DNA of 63,629 nt, filler included. It is 5 parts of 5 records of this genome, joined end to end, with 100 filler letters (N's around TTAATTAATTAA, not from the genome) between each part and the next. Parts side by side here need not be neighbours in the genome. Positions count along the whole stretch, not along the records: positions 1 to 14,733 come from SRR31156797_14370; positions 14,834 to 42,795 come from SRR31156797_14378; 3 more parts are not named here. One strand, 5' to 3'. Below are positions 12,600-22,371 of this stretch, one piece after another. Position numbers and translations under genes: made by a program. Below the pieces are notes generated by a model that had not been told where the DNA came from, did not search any database, and saw nothing but the letters and a program-made list of their open reading frames with translations. Numbering within the stretch: the first letter of the stretch is position 1; every line of letters starts with the position of its first letter.

Positions 12600-13598
12600 T
12601 TAATTTTTTAATTTCAAATAAATTTTATCTCTTTCTATTATAAAATCAAAAGGTTCCTGTGATGCTCTTTTAAACGCTTCCATTACGGTAAAAATATTAT
12701 CAGTAACTTTAAATGTACCGGTAAAAAGGCGCTCGCATAATGTTACATCCTCAAAAATTAATTCAACATTATATATACGCTCAATCTTTTTTGCCAAGTT
12801 TTCAAACGATTCATTTTCAAACTCATAAATCCCTTCTTTCCAGTATTTGAAAAAATTATCCGGGATTTCTATGTCTTTAAGAATCCCTGATGTTTTATCT
12901 AACACTAAACTATGTAAAGGTTTTAACATATAAGATTTATAGCCTTCTGAATTATTTTCATCAAATATGTCAAGCTGCACTTTCCCTGTAATTAAATCTA
13001 CCTGAACAATATTATCATCGGGATAGGCTTGAACTGAAAATTCCGTACCCAATACTTTAATTCGTTGTCCTCCCAGGTCTACAAAAAATGGTTTTTTAAG
13101 ATTATGTGATACTGTAAAATATGCTTCGCCCTCTAATTTTACATTTCTTGATTTACCAGTGAAAGTTTCAGGATAAATCAATTTAGAGCCGTTAGATAAC
13201 CACACCTGGCTTCCATCTGGCAATACAACCTGGCTTCTGTTACCATTAGGTACTGTTATTTCATTTATTGAAATTTCATTCTTTCTGTGCTGTAATCCAA
13301 TTGTATTTATATAAAAACCAAAAGCAATGGCAACAATAATAATTGCGGCATATTTGATAAAATTGTTTAACCTTATTTTATTTTTGGTTTTATCAATACG
13401 ATGTTTCACTAATTTATAATCCTTTGAAACATATTTAGGTTCCATCTCCTTTCCTCGTTGTAACAATGCCCAAAGATTTTTATACCGGATATATTCTCCC
13501 TGATTCTCTTTGGATTCCTGAATCCAGCTTATAAGTTCCCTGGAACCAGACAATGGTTCACCTTTAATTATCTCTTCTAAAATATTAATCTTCTTCAT
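12600..13598 (-). CDS. FecR family anti-sigma factor
   Basis: N-terminal anti-sigma helix, one TM segment, VVLPDGSQVWL..GSKL.YP..F....R.V.LEGEAYF.V, IKVLGTEF.V; lies between ECF sigma and susC. Confidence 0.93.
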   Translation of the reverse strand: MKKINILEEIIKGEPLSGSRELISWIQESKENQGEYIRYKNLWALLQRGKEMEPKYVSKDYKLVKHRIDKTKNKIRLNNFIKYAAIIIVAIAFGFYINTIGLQHRKNEISINEITVPNGNRSQVVLPDGSQVWLSNGSKLIYPETFTGKSRNVKLEGEAYFTVSHNLKKPFFVDLGGQRIKVLGTEFSVQAYPDDNIVQVDLITGKVQLDIFDENNSEGYKSYMLKPLHSLVLDKTSGILKDIEIPDNFFKYWKEGIYEFENESFENLAKKIERIYNVELIFEDVTLCERLFTGTFKVTDNIFTVMEAFKRASQEPFDFIIERDKIYLKLKN

Positions 13599-13697
13599 TC
13601 TGTATCGTTACAATTAATAAAATGCTTTACGTGAGATTTACCCTATGTCTATAATTTAACTTTTATACTTTCTGCATAAAAAAGTATTTAGTTTTAT

Positions 13698-14288
13698 CTA
13701 CTGATTGGTAATCAATAAATAGGCTATTAAAGGAAGATAATCCTTTAAGGCAGTTTTAAATTTCTTAATTGCTTTGGTTATTTGAGCCTCAACCGCTTTT
13801 TCCGATATGTTAAACTCCTCAGCAACTTCACGGTTCTTTTTCCCTTCAAAACGGCTTGCCGTAAATATTTCACGACATCGCGATGGTAACTCAGCAAGTG
13901 TTTTATCAATTATGGATTGCATTTCCTGAAATGTTAAAAAAGAAGTATCCAATTGTTCAAGTGCCGATTCATAAACATCATTTTGAATTTGTTTTTTAGA
14001 ATTGTCGTTGAAGTTTTTTTTGACCTTTTCATGCCTTAATAGCATTAAACAATTATTTTTTACCGTTGTGTACAAATAACTTTGAAGTTGGGATTCATTA
14101 AAAACAACCGGATTTTTTTCCCAAAATTTAACAAATGCATCCTGAACAAGATTTTTAGCTTCATCGTATGCTACATATTCTTTGGCAAAATAAACCAAAC
14201 GCGGATAATACAAATTAAAAACAACCTGAAAAGCCCTTTCCTGTTTGTGATTTAATAATTCAATTATCTCATTTGACAAAGAATTCAT
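13698..14288 (-). CDS. ECF RNA polymerase sigma-70 factor (Bacteroidota PUL type)
   Basis: AF..VF..YYPRL, LVQDAFVKFWE, YLYTTVKNNCL, LPSRCREIF..SRFEG..NREVA..FNISEKAVEAQITKA. Confidence 0.95.
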   Translation of the reverse strand: MNSLSNEIIELLNHKQERAFQVVFNLYYPRLVYFAKEYVAYDEAKNLVQDAFVKFWEKNPVVFNESQLQSYLYTTVKNNCLMLLRHEKVKKNFNDNSKKQIQNDVYESALEQLDTSFLTFQEMQSIIDKTLAELPSRCREIFTASRFEGKKNREVAEEFNISEKAVEAQITKAIKKFKTALKDYLPLIAYLLITNQ

Positions 14289-14473
14289 TTCGGCTAATTA
14301 TTAATTTTAGTGCAATCTTAAGTTTTTCCTATTCGTTAAGATACCATTATAAAAATTATGGTATTTATCTTATAATATTAATGATGAATTTAATAATAAA
14401 TCTCATCATTTAATATTTTTTTATACCTCTTCGAAACATGAATATAAACTCTTCCTATTTATAAAATCAGATA

Positions 14474-14497
14474 AAGGCCTGTTCAACAACAGGCCTT
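14474..14497. terminator. Stem-loop upstream of the sigma gene
   Basis: Perfect 10-bp stem AAGGCCTGTT-caac-AACAGGCCTT. Confidence 0.45.
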
Positions 14498-14733
14498 ATC
14501 TAACTAAATTAATAATTAAGGAAATCAATATTTCCTTGCGAAAAATTATTTTTTTAAAACGAATATTCATGCTCAATTTTACATATAATGCATAAATATT
14601 GATTTACCCTATTTGAGAACAGAATTTTTATAAAAAAATTAGCATTCAATTTCTAATGGAAGGAAATTTGGTATTATCGACTTATTATTAAATTAAATGA
14701 AATGAAAAGAAAAAAATTGGCCCTCACCGCTCC

Positions 14734-14833
14734 NNNNNNNNNNNNNNNNNNNNNNNNNNNNNNNNNNNNNNNNNNNNTTAATTAATTAANNNNNNNNNNN
14801 NNNNNNNNNNNNNNNNNNNNNNNNNNNNNNNNN
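14734..14833. other. Artificial contig linker
   Basis: 44 N + TTAATTAATTAA (stops in all frames) + 44 N; composition and taxon change across it. Confidence 0.98.
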
Positions 14834-14862
14834 AGCGTGTCTACCAGTTCCACCACTTCGGC
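14834..14862 (-). tRNA. tRNA-Leu, 5' fragment truncated by the contig end (anticodon not visible)
   Basis: Reverse complement reads GCCGAAGTGGTGGAACTGGTAGACACGCT, an acceptor 5' strand plus D-arm typical of tRNA-Leu; canonical position after secG. Confidence 0.85.
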
Positions 14863-14872
14863 ACACAATTTT

Positions 14873-15256
14873 TTATTCTGTTTTTTCCTGCTGCATAGGT
14901 TCCTCAACGGGAGCTACAGTCTCTCCTGTTTCAGCCTTAGGCATTGGGATTGTCACCTGCTCTGTTGAAAGCGGATCGGCTTGTTCCTGTACCGGCGCTG
15001 CAACATCTTTCATTACTGAGCTGGTGCTCTTGTCCGCTGAAATATACGCTAAAGAAACCGAAGTTGCCATAAAAATAATAGCAGCAAGCGTTGTAATTTT
15101 ATTTAGCAACGGCACAGGCCCCTCAGCTCCAAAAAGAGACTGACTAGAACCACCGAAAGTTGCCCCAATATCTGCACCCTTACCGTGCTGCAAAAGCACG
15201 ATTCCGATCAGAAAGAAACAAACTACAACATGAATTATAATTAATATCGTTGTCAT
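14873..15256 (-). CDS. secG: Preprotein translocase subunit SecG
   Basis: IVLLQHGKGADIGATFGG.SQSLFG, two TM helices; tpiA-secG-tRNA-Leu synteny. Confidence 0.96.
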   Translation of the reverse strand: MTTILIIIHVVVCFFLIGIVLLQHGKGADIGATFGGSSQSLFGAEGPVPLLNKITTLAAIIFMATSVSLAYISADKSTSSVMKDVAAPVQEQADPLSTEQVTIPMPKAETGETVAPVEEPMQQEKTE

Positions 15257-16008
15257 ATAAAATTAATAATTCGAGCAAAAGACTCGAATTTAAGCGCTGC
15301 TCCCCCCACCAACGCCCCATCAATATCGGGCTGAGCCATCAGGGAATCAACATTATCTGGCTTGACCGAGCCACCATACAGTATTCTTACTTTATGGGCA
15401 ATATCTTTTTTAAATTTTTCTAACATGAGTTGACGCAGGTAGGCATGTACCTCTTGAGCCTGCTCTTTGCTTGCCGTTTTTCCAGTACCAATCGCCCAGA
15501 CTGGTTCGTAGGCAACTACAATGTCGCTAATCATTTCCGCAGTACAGTCCTCCAGCCCCTCTGTCAGCTGTGACTCAAGAACTTCGAAGGTCCTGTCCGC
15601 CTCGCGTTCTTCCAAGGTTTCACCGATGCATAAAACAGGAACAATACCATTTGCAAGGGCCCCTTTGAGCCGGAGATTCACCATTTTATTGGATTCCAGA
15701 AAAATCTGCCTTCTTTCCGAATGTCCAATTATCGCCATGGGTACCCCAAGGTCGCCAAGCATAGTTGGTGAAATTTCACCAGTGAACGCCCCTTCTTTTT
15801 CCCAAGCTACATTCTGAGAGGCAACAATCGTAGATGTCTCCCCCACTGCCTTGCTAACAGCATCCAAAGCTGTGAACGGGGGAGCAATCATTACATCCCT
15901 GTCCTTGCACTCAGCAGCAATTCCTGCAATCTTCACCGCAAGCTCAACTGCCTCGGCAACAGTCAGGTGCATTTTCCAGTTTCCAGCAATTAAAGACCGT
16001 CTCGGCAT
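15253..16008 (-). CDS. tpiA: Triosephosphate isomerase
   Basis: IAGNWKM, IIGHSERR, AYEPVWAIGTG, ILYGGSVK, GALVGGA. Confidence 0.99.
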   Translation of the reverse strand: MPRRSLIAGNWKMHLTVAEAVELAVKIAGIAAECKDRDVMIAPPFTALDAVSKAVGETSTIVASQNVAWEKEGAFTGEISPTMLGDLGVPMAIIGHSERRQIFLESNKMVNLRLKGALANGIVPVLCIGETLEEREADRTFEVLESQLTEGLEDCTAEMISDIVVAYEPVWAIGTGKTASKEQAQEVHAYLRQLMLEKFKKDIAHKVRILYGGSVKPDNVDSLMAQPDIDGALVGGAALKFESFARIINFI

Positions 16009-16045
16009 AATATCCTCCTTTTACGACAGGAATGGTAAGCATTCA

Positions 16046-16210
16046 TTGATGGCATCGTCAAAACTTTGGTTTACGGGATCGTGACATTTTTCACAGTAAT
16101 CGATACGCCTGTGTATGTCTTCGCACCATAAAGAACACCTCTTCTTCCAACCTGTGTTTTAGCTAGTTAACCATCTCTTAGAGTGTATAAACTTTTTACG
16201 AGTCCATTAA
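16046..16210. mobile_element. Putative degenerate MITE (165 bp) between pgk and tpiA
   Basis: Imperfect 20-bp terminal inverted repeats TTGATGGCATCGTCAAAACT / ACTTTTTACGAGTCCATTAA (15/20 match); non-coding interior. Confidence 0.55.
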
Positions 16211-17385
16211 TCAGACAACGCCACGACTCCAGGAAGTTGCTTGCCTTCCATCAGCATCAAAAATGCTCCCCCACCGGTGGACATATATGATATATTGGCA
16301 GCTTCCCCAGACTTTTTAATAGCAGCGTTGGAATCTCCGCCCCCGGTTACACTAAACGCATGGGACATAGCCACACAATGTGCAATTGCCATGGTTCCAC
16401 GGGAGAAGGCATCCATCTCAAACGCGCCCATCGGCCCATTCCATACTATGGTTTTGGCATCGGCAAGCACCTCTTCAAAACACAGGACCGATGCCGGCCC
16501 AATATCCAGCGCCATCCACGCCTCAGGAATATCCTGTATGGTTACATGTTTGCTCACTGCATCTGGGGCAAACGTATCTGCTGCGACAACATCCACAGGC
16601 AAATACACCTTTACCCCTTTTGCTTTTGCCTTGCCCATCAGACTGTTGGCAGTTTCAAGCAGATCGTTTTCCACCTTGGAGGCACCAACATCATACCCCT
16701 GGCCTTTTAAAAAAGTATTGGCCATGGCACCACCGAGTATCAGCCGATCAACCCGATCCAGCATATTTTCCAGGGCCTCTAATTTACCGGAAACTTTTGC
16801 CCCACCGACAATGGCAACAAAAGGCCGTTGGGGTTCAGCACAGGATCGGTGGAAATAGTCGAGTTCCTTTTGCAGGAGCAGCCCAGGGGCTTTAGTATCG
16901 ACATAACTTGCAACACCTACCACTGAGGCATGGGCCCGATGCGATACGGCAAAAGCGTCATTGACATATACGTCTGCCAGCCGGGCTAATTGTTCTGCAA
17001 ACTGCAGGTCATTTTCCACTTCCTGCTGGTGAAATCGAACATTCTCCAGCATTATAATATTGCCCGGCTCCATTGCCGATACAACCGCTTCCACCTCTGG
17101 GCCGATACAATCCGGAGCCAATTTGACCGACTCCCCTAGCAAGCCTGACAGATATTCGGCCACTGGAGCAAGGGAAAACTTTGCAACCCTTTGCCCTTTC
17201 GGCCGCCCCATATGAGTACAGAGAATAACCTTGGCCTTTTTCTCTAATAGATAGGTGATGGTAGGGAGCGCCATTTGGACACGAAGATCATCGGTCACGT
17301 CACCGGCATCGTTCATTGGTACATTAAAGTCAACCCGCACCAATACTCTTTTTCCTGTAACATCAATTTCGCGAAGTGTTTTCAC
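16207..17385 (-). CDS. pgk: Phosphoglycerate kinase
   Basis: RVDFNVP, HMGRPKG, LENVRF, NDAFAVSHRAHAS, WNGPMGAFE, STGGGA. Confidence 0.99.
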   Translation of the reverse strand: MKTLREIDVTGKRVLVRVDFNVPMNDAGDVTDDLRVQMALPTITYLLEKKAKVILCTHMGRPKGQRVAKFSLAPVAEYLSGLLGESVKLAPDCIGPEVEAVVSAMEPGNIIMLENVRFHQQEVENDLQFAEQLARLADVYVNDAFAVSHRAHASVVGVASYVDTKAPGLLLQKELDYFHRSCAEPQRPFVAIVGGAKVSGKLEALENMLDRVDRLILGGAMANTFLKGQGYDVGASKVENDLLETANSLMGKAKAKGVKVYLPVDVVAADTFAPDAVSKHVTIQDIPEAWMALDIGPASVLCFEEVLADAKTIVWNGPMGAFEMDAFSRGTMAIAHCVAMSHAFSVTGGGDSNAAIKKSGEAANISYMSTGGGAFLMLMEGKQLPGVVALSD

Positions 17386-17839
17386 AACCCCCTCCCAGCT
17401 CCTTGATTACATTTTTTTTCATCAGGACAGCAGCTTCCACGGGATTTCTATAATATTTTGGCCGCATCCCTTGATTGAGGAACCCCTTGCCCAGATAAAA
17501 CTGCTGAGCAGATACATTGGATGAACGAACTTCCAGGCAACATTGTTCAACGTCCTCGCCGGCGAGGAGAGACAACCCTTTATCCACCAACGCCCCACCT
17601 ATACCGAGTTTTCGTGTACTGGACGCAACCCCAATGCGCATCAGTTCAGCTTCGGGTCCACACCATCTAAAAAAGATATAGCCGCACACCTTGCCATCTA
17701 CTTCTGCGACCAACTGCACACTTTCAACATATTCGCTTTCTGAACGAATTTGATTTTCGCTCCAGGAGGTTTTCATAACCTCCTGTTCAATGAAATGCAC
17801 AGCAGCAATATCTTCCGGCAGCATTTTGCGGACAATCAC
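17363..17839 (-). CDS. rimI: RimI-like GNAT N-acetyltransferase
   Basis: EAELMRIGV....RKLGIG, LEVRSSN..AQQFY...GF...G.RPKYY.NPVE.A.LM. Confidence 0.85.
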   Translation of the reverse strand: MIVRKMLPEDIAAVHFIEQEVMKTSWSENQIRSESEYVESVQLVAEVDGKVCGYIFFRWCGPEAELMRIGVASSTRKLGIGGALVDKGLSLLAGEDVEQCCLEVRSSNVSAQQFYLGKGFLNQGMRPKYYRNPVEAAVLMKKNVIKELGGGCENTSRN

Positions 17840-19056
17840 ACCATTTTTTCTGCAACCGATACGGTCAAGTCACCCAGCATATTGGTGTAACTCCCAAGCT
17901 CATTATCATACCAACCGTAAATCACTGACTGAGTGACAGGTACCTGCAGCACAGGAGGCACTTCCCCTTTATCGAAGGTTACCCCTTTCACGTGCTTCAG
18001 GTTCACATTGATAGAGGCTGTTCGAGTATGAATCTCGGTTGATTCTATGACAGCAGCTGCCTTGGGCATTCCAACGATATCAGAAGAGACATTTTGTTCC
18101 TTGGAATGAATAAGATACGGAGTATTGGCTGCGTACTCGTTGTAAATGGAATTGATCAAACCACGCTTAATCGGATTTTCAAGTTCGTCTTGAAAATTCA
18201 GCACCAGCACGATCAATGATCCCGTCGAGGTGGGGATCCTGACGGACTCCGCAATAAAGCCAATATTTTTCATTTCAGGAATAACCAACCCCAGAGCCTT
18301 GGCGGCACCGGTGGTGGTTAATATAATATTATTGAAGATTGACCTGTCCTTACGCAGGTCAGTCGCTCCAGCGGCGGGCATACGGTCCAAAACCTGTTGA
18401 CTCCCTGTAGCAGCATGCACTGTTACCATAGAGGCAGACAACATCCTGTCTGCTCCAAAATGATCCAGCAAGGGTTTCATCATATAGGAGAGGCAGGTTG
18501 TTGTACATGATGCGGCAGAAACTACGTTATGTCTGGAAGAATCATAGTCGTCATCATTAATCCCCATGACCGTTGTAATGGCATCATCAGGCATTTCCAA
18601 CCCCTTTGCCTGAATCTTAAAGGGTGCGGAAAGCATGACCTTTTCGGCACCAGCCTGCAGGTGACCGCGAATTGCACCTCTGCCTTCGTTTGGATCAGCC
18701 GTGGGATCTTTAAAAACACCGGTTGTATCAACCACAAGTCGAACCTGATTGCCCTTCCAGTCAATATCTTTCGGATTACGGGCTTCACGAAGAATCGTGA
18801 CCGGCACCCCGTTTATGGTCATCGTTCCTGTTGTATCATCAAGATTTTCAATAACCCGTCCACCTTTATGACCATGGAGATACATACTTAAGCGACCATA
18901 ACTTGAGTCTCTTTCAATGGATGCAGCGATATCTTCCAGCCCTGAGCCAACGTTTCGGCCAAGATTTACGACTACTTCAGAAAAATGCTGGCGTGAGACA
19001 TGGTGCCATAATGATAATTTTCCGATTCTGCCAAGGCCATTGAGTCCGAGCTTCAT
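17836..19056 (-). CDS. gap: Glyceraldehyde-3-phosphate dehydrogenase, divergent long form
   Basis: GLNGLGRIG, ASCTTTCL catalytic Cys, TVHAATGSQ, TTTGAAKA, RIPT, WYDNE; heads the gap-pgk-tpiA cluster. Confidence 0.9.
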   Translation of the reverse strand: MKLGLNGLGRIGKLSLWHHVSRQHFSEVVVNLGRNVGSGLEDIAASIERDSSYGRLSMYLHGHKGGRVIENLDDTTGTMTINGVPVTILREARNPKDIDWKGNQVRLVVDTTGVFKDPTADPNEGRGAIRGHLQAGAEKVMLSAPFKIQAKGLEMPDDAITTVMGINDDDYDSSRHNVVSAASCTTTCLSYMMKPLLDHFGADRMLSASMVTVHAATGSQQVLDRMPAAGATDLRKDRSIFNNIILTTTGAAKALGLVIPEMKNIGFIAESVRIPTSTGSLIVLVLNFQDELENPIKRGLINSIYNEYAANTPYLIHSKEQNVSSDIVGMPKAAAVIESTEIHTRTASINVNLKHVKGVTFDKGEVPPVLQVPVTQSVIYGWYDNELGSYTNMLGDLTVSVAEKMV

Positions 19057-19338
19057 GGGTATGCTCTCCTATGCGGTTGCAATTAAGTCTCTAGTTAAAC
19101 GGTTACCAAAACGGGATGATACCGCCTCTATTCCTAAAATATATTAATGTGGGAGTAAGTATAGTCGAAAAACGGTGCCACTGAAAGTGCTAATCTGACA
19201 AAAAAATCCAGCCTTTCAATACCATATCAAGGATAGTGACTCAAATAATACAACTGAGAAAATTGAGTTGCATAGCACAGGATTACACTGTAAGCACTGC
19301 ACGACTGTTCTCGTTGCCAATTATCAAATTAACGACAG

Positions 19339-20055
19339 GTGACCATGCAATTGCCCCCAGTTCGCGCCAATGCTATCTTACTCAAGCGCTACAAGCGTTT
19401 TCTTGCAGACGTACAGCTTCAAGACCAACAACAAATGACTGTCCATTGTCCCAACAGTGGCTCCATGCTTAACTGTTCTGACCCAGGCAGCCCAGTAATT
19501 ATATCAAAATCTAATAATCCCAGGCGAAAATATCCTTGGACGCTCGAGATGGTACAAGCAAAAAATATCTGGATAGGTGTCAACACGTCCATAACCAACA
19601 AGCTGGTCCACGAAGCCCTCCTTAATGGGACAATAGGCAATTTTGGCAACATTACAAAAATCACCCCAGAAAAGAAGGTCTCACAAAAAAGCAGGTTGGA
19701 TTTTTTACTGGAATCAACAGAGGGACTGACATACCTGGAAGTGAAAAATTGCTCACTGGCTAAAAACAATACGGCAATTTTTCCTGATGCAGTAACGGCA
19801 CGGGGAACAAAACACCTCGTCGAGTTGATGCACCTGGCGCACCAAGGTTTTGCAGCAGCCGTTCTTTTCTGTATCCAAAGGGGTGATGTTGACAGCTTTG
19901 CTCCTGCAGCCGCGATTGACCCAGTCTATGCGCAGACATTACAGAAGGCGGCGAAGAAAGGCGTTCAGGTGTTAGCGTATATTGCAGAGGTCACGCCAGA
20001 GGCGGTCACAGTTAGCCGGCAACTACCTGTCCACCTCGGCCAAATGCAGACTTAA
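19339..20055 (+). CDS. sfsA: DNA/RNA nuclease SfsA (sugar fermentation stimulation protein)
   Basis: RYKRFLADV, HCPNSGSM, SRLDFLL, YLEVKNCSL, FPDAVTARG.KHL.EL. Start may be ATG 19345. Confidence 0.95.
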   Translation: MTMQLPPVRANAILLKRYKRFLADVQLQDQQQMTVHCPNSGSMLNCSDPGSPVIISKSNNPRRKYPWTLEMVQAKNIWIGVNTSITNKLVHEALLNGTIGNFGNITKITPEKKVSQKSRLDFLLESTEGLTYLEVKNCSLAKNNTAIFPDAVTARGTKHLVELMHLAHQGFAAAVLFCIQRGDVDSFAPAAAIDPVYAQTLQKAAKKGVQVLAYIAEVTPEAVTVSRQLPVHLGQMQT

Positions 20056-20097
20056 CTCTGCCAACCTTCCCTTCCCCCAGCTATGCAACCGAGGCAG

Positions 20098-21375
20098 TTA
20101 ATTAACAAAACGTGAAAACTGGACAGCGCCATCCACCATGGTCAGCATTGCGCGTCCGTTAAATAAGCAGTCAACAAAGGGAGAGTTCTGACTCTTAGAA
20201 ACAATCTGATCCACGGAATAGGTGAACTGGAGCTCCGGATCAATAATAGTTATATCTGCAGCCGCCCCAGGAGTGAGTTCTCCACCCTTAACTCCGAGAA
20301 TACGAGCTGGGTTCACGGCTAGCAATTCCACCATCCGAGACACATCAATCACCCCCTGGTTAACCAGTTCCAGGGTGAGGGGAACTGCTGTCTCGAGGCC
20401 AATAATGCCAAAGGCTGCGACATCAAACTCCACCTCTTTTTCCAATATGGAGTGAGGTGCATGATCCGTCGCAATCACGTCTAGGGTGCCGTCCTCCAAT
20501 CCACGAATGACCGCCGCCCTATCTTCACTGGTGCGAAGCGGAGGATTCATTTTCGCGCTTGTTACATAACCAGCCACAGCTTCATCGGTTAAGGTGAAGT
20601 AGTGCGGAGCTGTCTCTGCAGTGACCCGTACCCCGCGAGATTTGGCTTGCCGGATTAAATCCACAGACATTGCGGTACTAACATGGGCGATATGAACTTT
20701 TTTATCTGTAAATTCCGCCAAAGCTATCTCGCGATAAACCATGACCGATTCGGCAGCGTTGGGTATACCTTTTAAGCCAAGCTGAGTCGACATCTCCCCT
20801 TCATTCATCACCCCAGTACTCAAGGCAGGATCTTCGCAATGGGCGATGACGGCCAAGTTAAAATTACTGGCATATTCGAGAGCGCGACGCATAAGCTGAC
20901 TGTCAGTAACCGGCAGTCCGTCATCGGAGACGGCAACAGCTCCGGCCCCCTTCAACTCACCATACTCCGCAAGCTGCCGTCCCTCGCTTCCTTTACTTAT
21001 TGCCCCTACAGGGTACACACGAGCGGCTGCACTGCGTGCTTTTTCACGGATCATTGCACATACAGCACTGTTGTCATTCACCGGGCTAGTGTTAGGCATA
21101 CACGCAACAGCTGTAAATCCTCCGCTTGCAGCGGCGAGAGCCCCCGAAACAATATCTTCTTTGTATTCCTGGCCAGGTTCACGCAGATGAGTATGCATGT
21201 CTATAAGCCCAGGCACGACAAGACAACCAGCAGCATCTATGACTGGAAAATCAGCCACCCCAATTTCACCCGGTAAACCAATGACACCGTCCTGCACAAT
21301 AATATCGCACTGCTGGTCGATTCCGTTTACCGGGTCAACAACCCGCCCGTTTTTTATAACCCATGATCGTTCCAT
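20098..21375 (-). CDS. pyrC: Dihydroorotase
   Basis: DMHTHLREPG, MPNT.P, HIAHVST, KMNPPLR, ATDHAPH; follows pyrB. Confidence 0.97.
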   Translation of the reverse strand: MERSWVIKNGRVVDPVNGIDQQCDIIVQDGVIGLPGEIGVADFPVIDAAGCLVVPGLIDMHTHLREPGQEYKEDIVSGALAAASGGFTAVACMPNTSPVNDNSAVCAMIREKARSAAARVYPVGAISKGSEGRQLAEYGELKGAGAVAVSDDGLPVTDSQLMRRALEYASNFNLAVIAHCEDPALSTGVMNEGEMSTQLGLKGIPNAAESVMVYREIALAEFTDKKVHIAHVSTAMSVDLIRQAKSRGVRVTAETAPHYFTLTDEAVAGYVTSAKMNPPLRTSEDRAAVIRGLEDGTLDVIATDHAPHSILEKEVEFDVAAFGIIGLETAVPLTLELVNQGVIDVSRMVELLAVNPARILGVKGGELTPGAAADITIIDPELQFTYSVDQIVSKSQNSPFVDCLFNGRAMLTMVDGAVQFSRFVN

Positions 21376-21423
21376 TACACTTTCACACTGTCACGTTGGA
21401 TATTTGGTTTGAGCTTGTCATCA

Positions 21424-22356
21424 TCAGGAGTTGCCCATGACCAGATAGAGCAGCGCCATCCGAACTGCCACCCCATTTGTAACCTGGTTCAAGATGACCG
21501 CCTGAGTGGAATCAGCAACCTCCGGCGTGAGCTCTACGCCACGATTGACTGGCCCAGGGTGCATTACCAGCGCATCCGGTTTAGCCAGGGACATTATTTT
21601 TTTGGTAACTCCAAAATGGCGTGCATATTCTCTCAAGGAAGGGAGCAGTGGATCATTTTGCCGTTCCTGCTGTATTCGCAGGGTCATTACCACATCGGCA
21701 CCACAAACGACCTCTTCAATTGATGTGCTTACTTTCGCCCCCAGTTGCTCAAGCCCTTTAGGAATCAAGGTGGCAGGCCCAAAAACGTGGACCTCTGACC
21801 CCATGGTCGTAAAGCCTTCAATGGCAGAATGCGCAACCCGGCTGTGAGAAACATCACCTATGATTGCAATTTTCAGATCATTAAGCCGCCCCTTATGCTC
21901 CTTGACAGTCATCATGTCCAATAATGCTTGAGAGGGATGCTCGTGAGCCCCATCTCCAGCATTAATTACAGCCGCATCGACATAGCGAGACAGCATGTGT
22001 GGTGCACCTGAAAAGGAATGACGAACAATAATAATATCCGGATGCATGGCTGAAATATTACGTGCGGTATCGATCAAGGTTTCCCCTTTTGTAGCGCTGC
22101 TTGTTGAAGGAGAAATATTGAAGGTGTCTGCACTCATCCGTTTCGCAGCTATCTCAAAAGAAAGACGGGTGCGAGTCGATGGCTCATGAAAAAGATTGAT
22201 AATGGTGTGTCCACGAAGGGTGGGCACCTTTTTGATAGGCCTTGCTGATATCTCTTTAAAAGAATCTGCAGTATCCAGAATATGGAGAATATCTTCTTTG
22301 GAGAGGTCATCAATGCCAAGTATATGGCGGTGTGAAAAAAAATATCCGGTAGCCAT
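21424..22356 (-). CDS. pyrB: Aspartate carbamoyltransferase catalytic subunit
   Basis: EPSTRTR, NAGDG.HEHPSQALLD, HSRVAHS, LRIQQER, HPGPVNRG. Confidence 0.98.
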   Translation of the reverse strand: MATGYFFSHRHILGIDDLSKEDILHILDTADSFKEISARPIKKVPTLRGHTIINLFHEPSTRTRLSFEIAAKRMSADTFNISPSTSSATKGETLIDTARNISAMHPDIIIVRHSFSGAPHMLSRYVDAAVINAGDGAHEHPSQALLDMMTVKEHKGRLNDLKIAIIGDVSHSRVAHSAIEGFTTMGSEVHVFGPATLIPKGLEQLGAKVSTSIEEVVCGADVVMTLRIQQERQNDPLLPSLREYARHFGVTKKIMSLAKPDALVMHPGPVNRGVELTPEVADSTQAVILNQVTNGVAVRMALLYLVMGNS

Positions 22357-22371
22357 GCCGCCCTCCAGCGT

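Noticed and set aside
16241-16895. Long + strand ORFs antisense to pgk (and similar ones opposite uvrA, pyrC, gap, the secretin and the crotonase)
   Set aside because: Shadow ORFs of well-supported genes, with no recognisable motifs.
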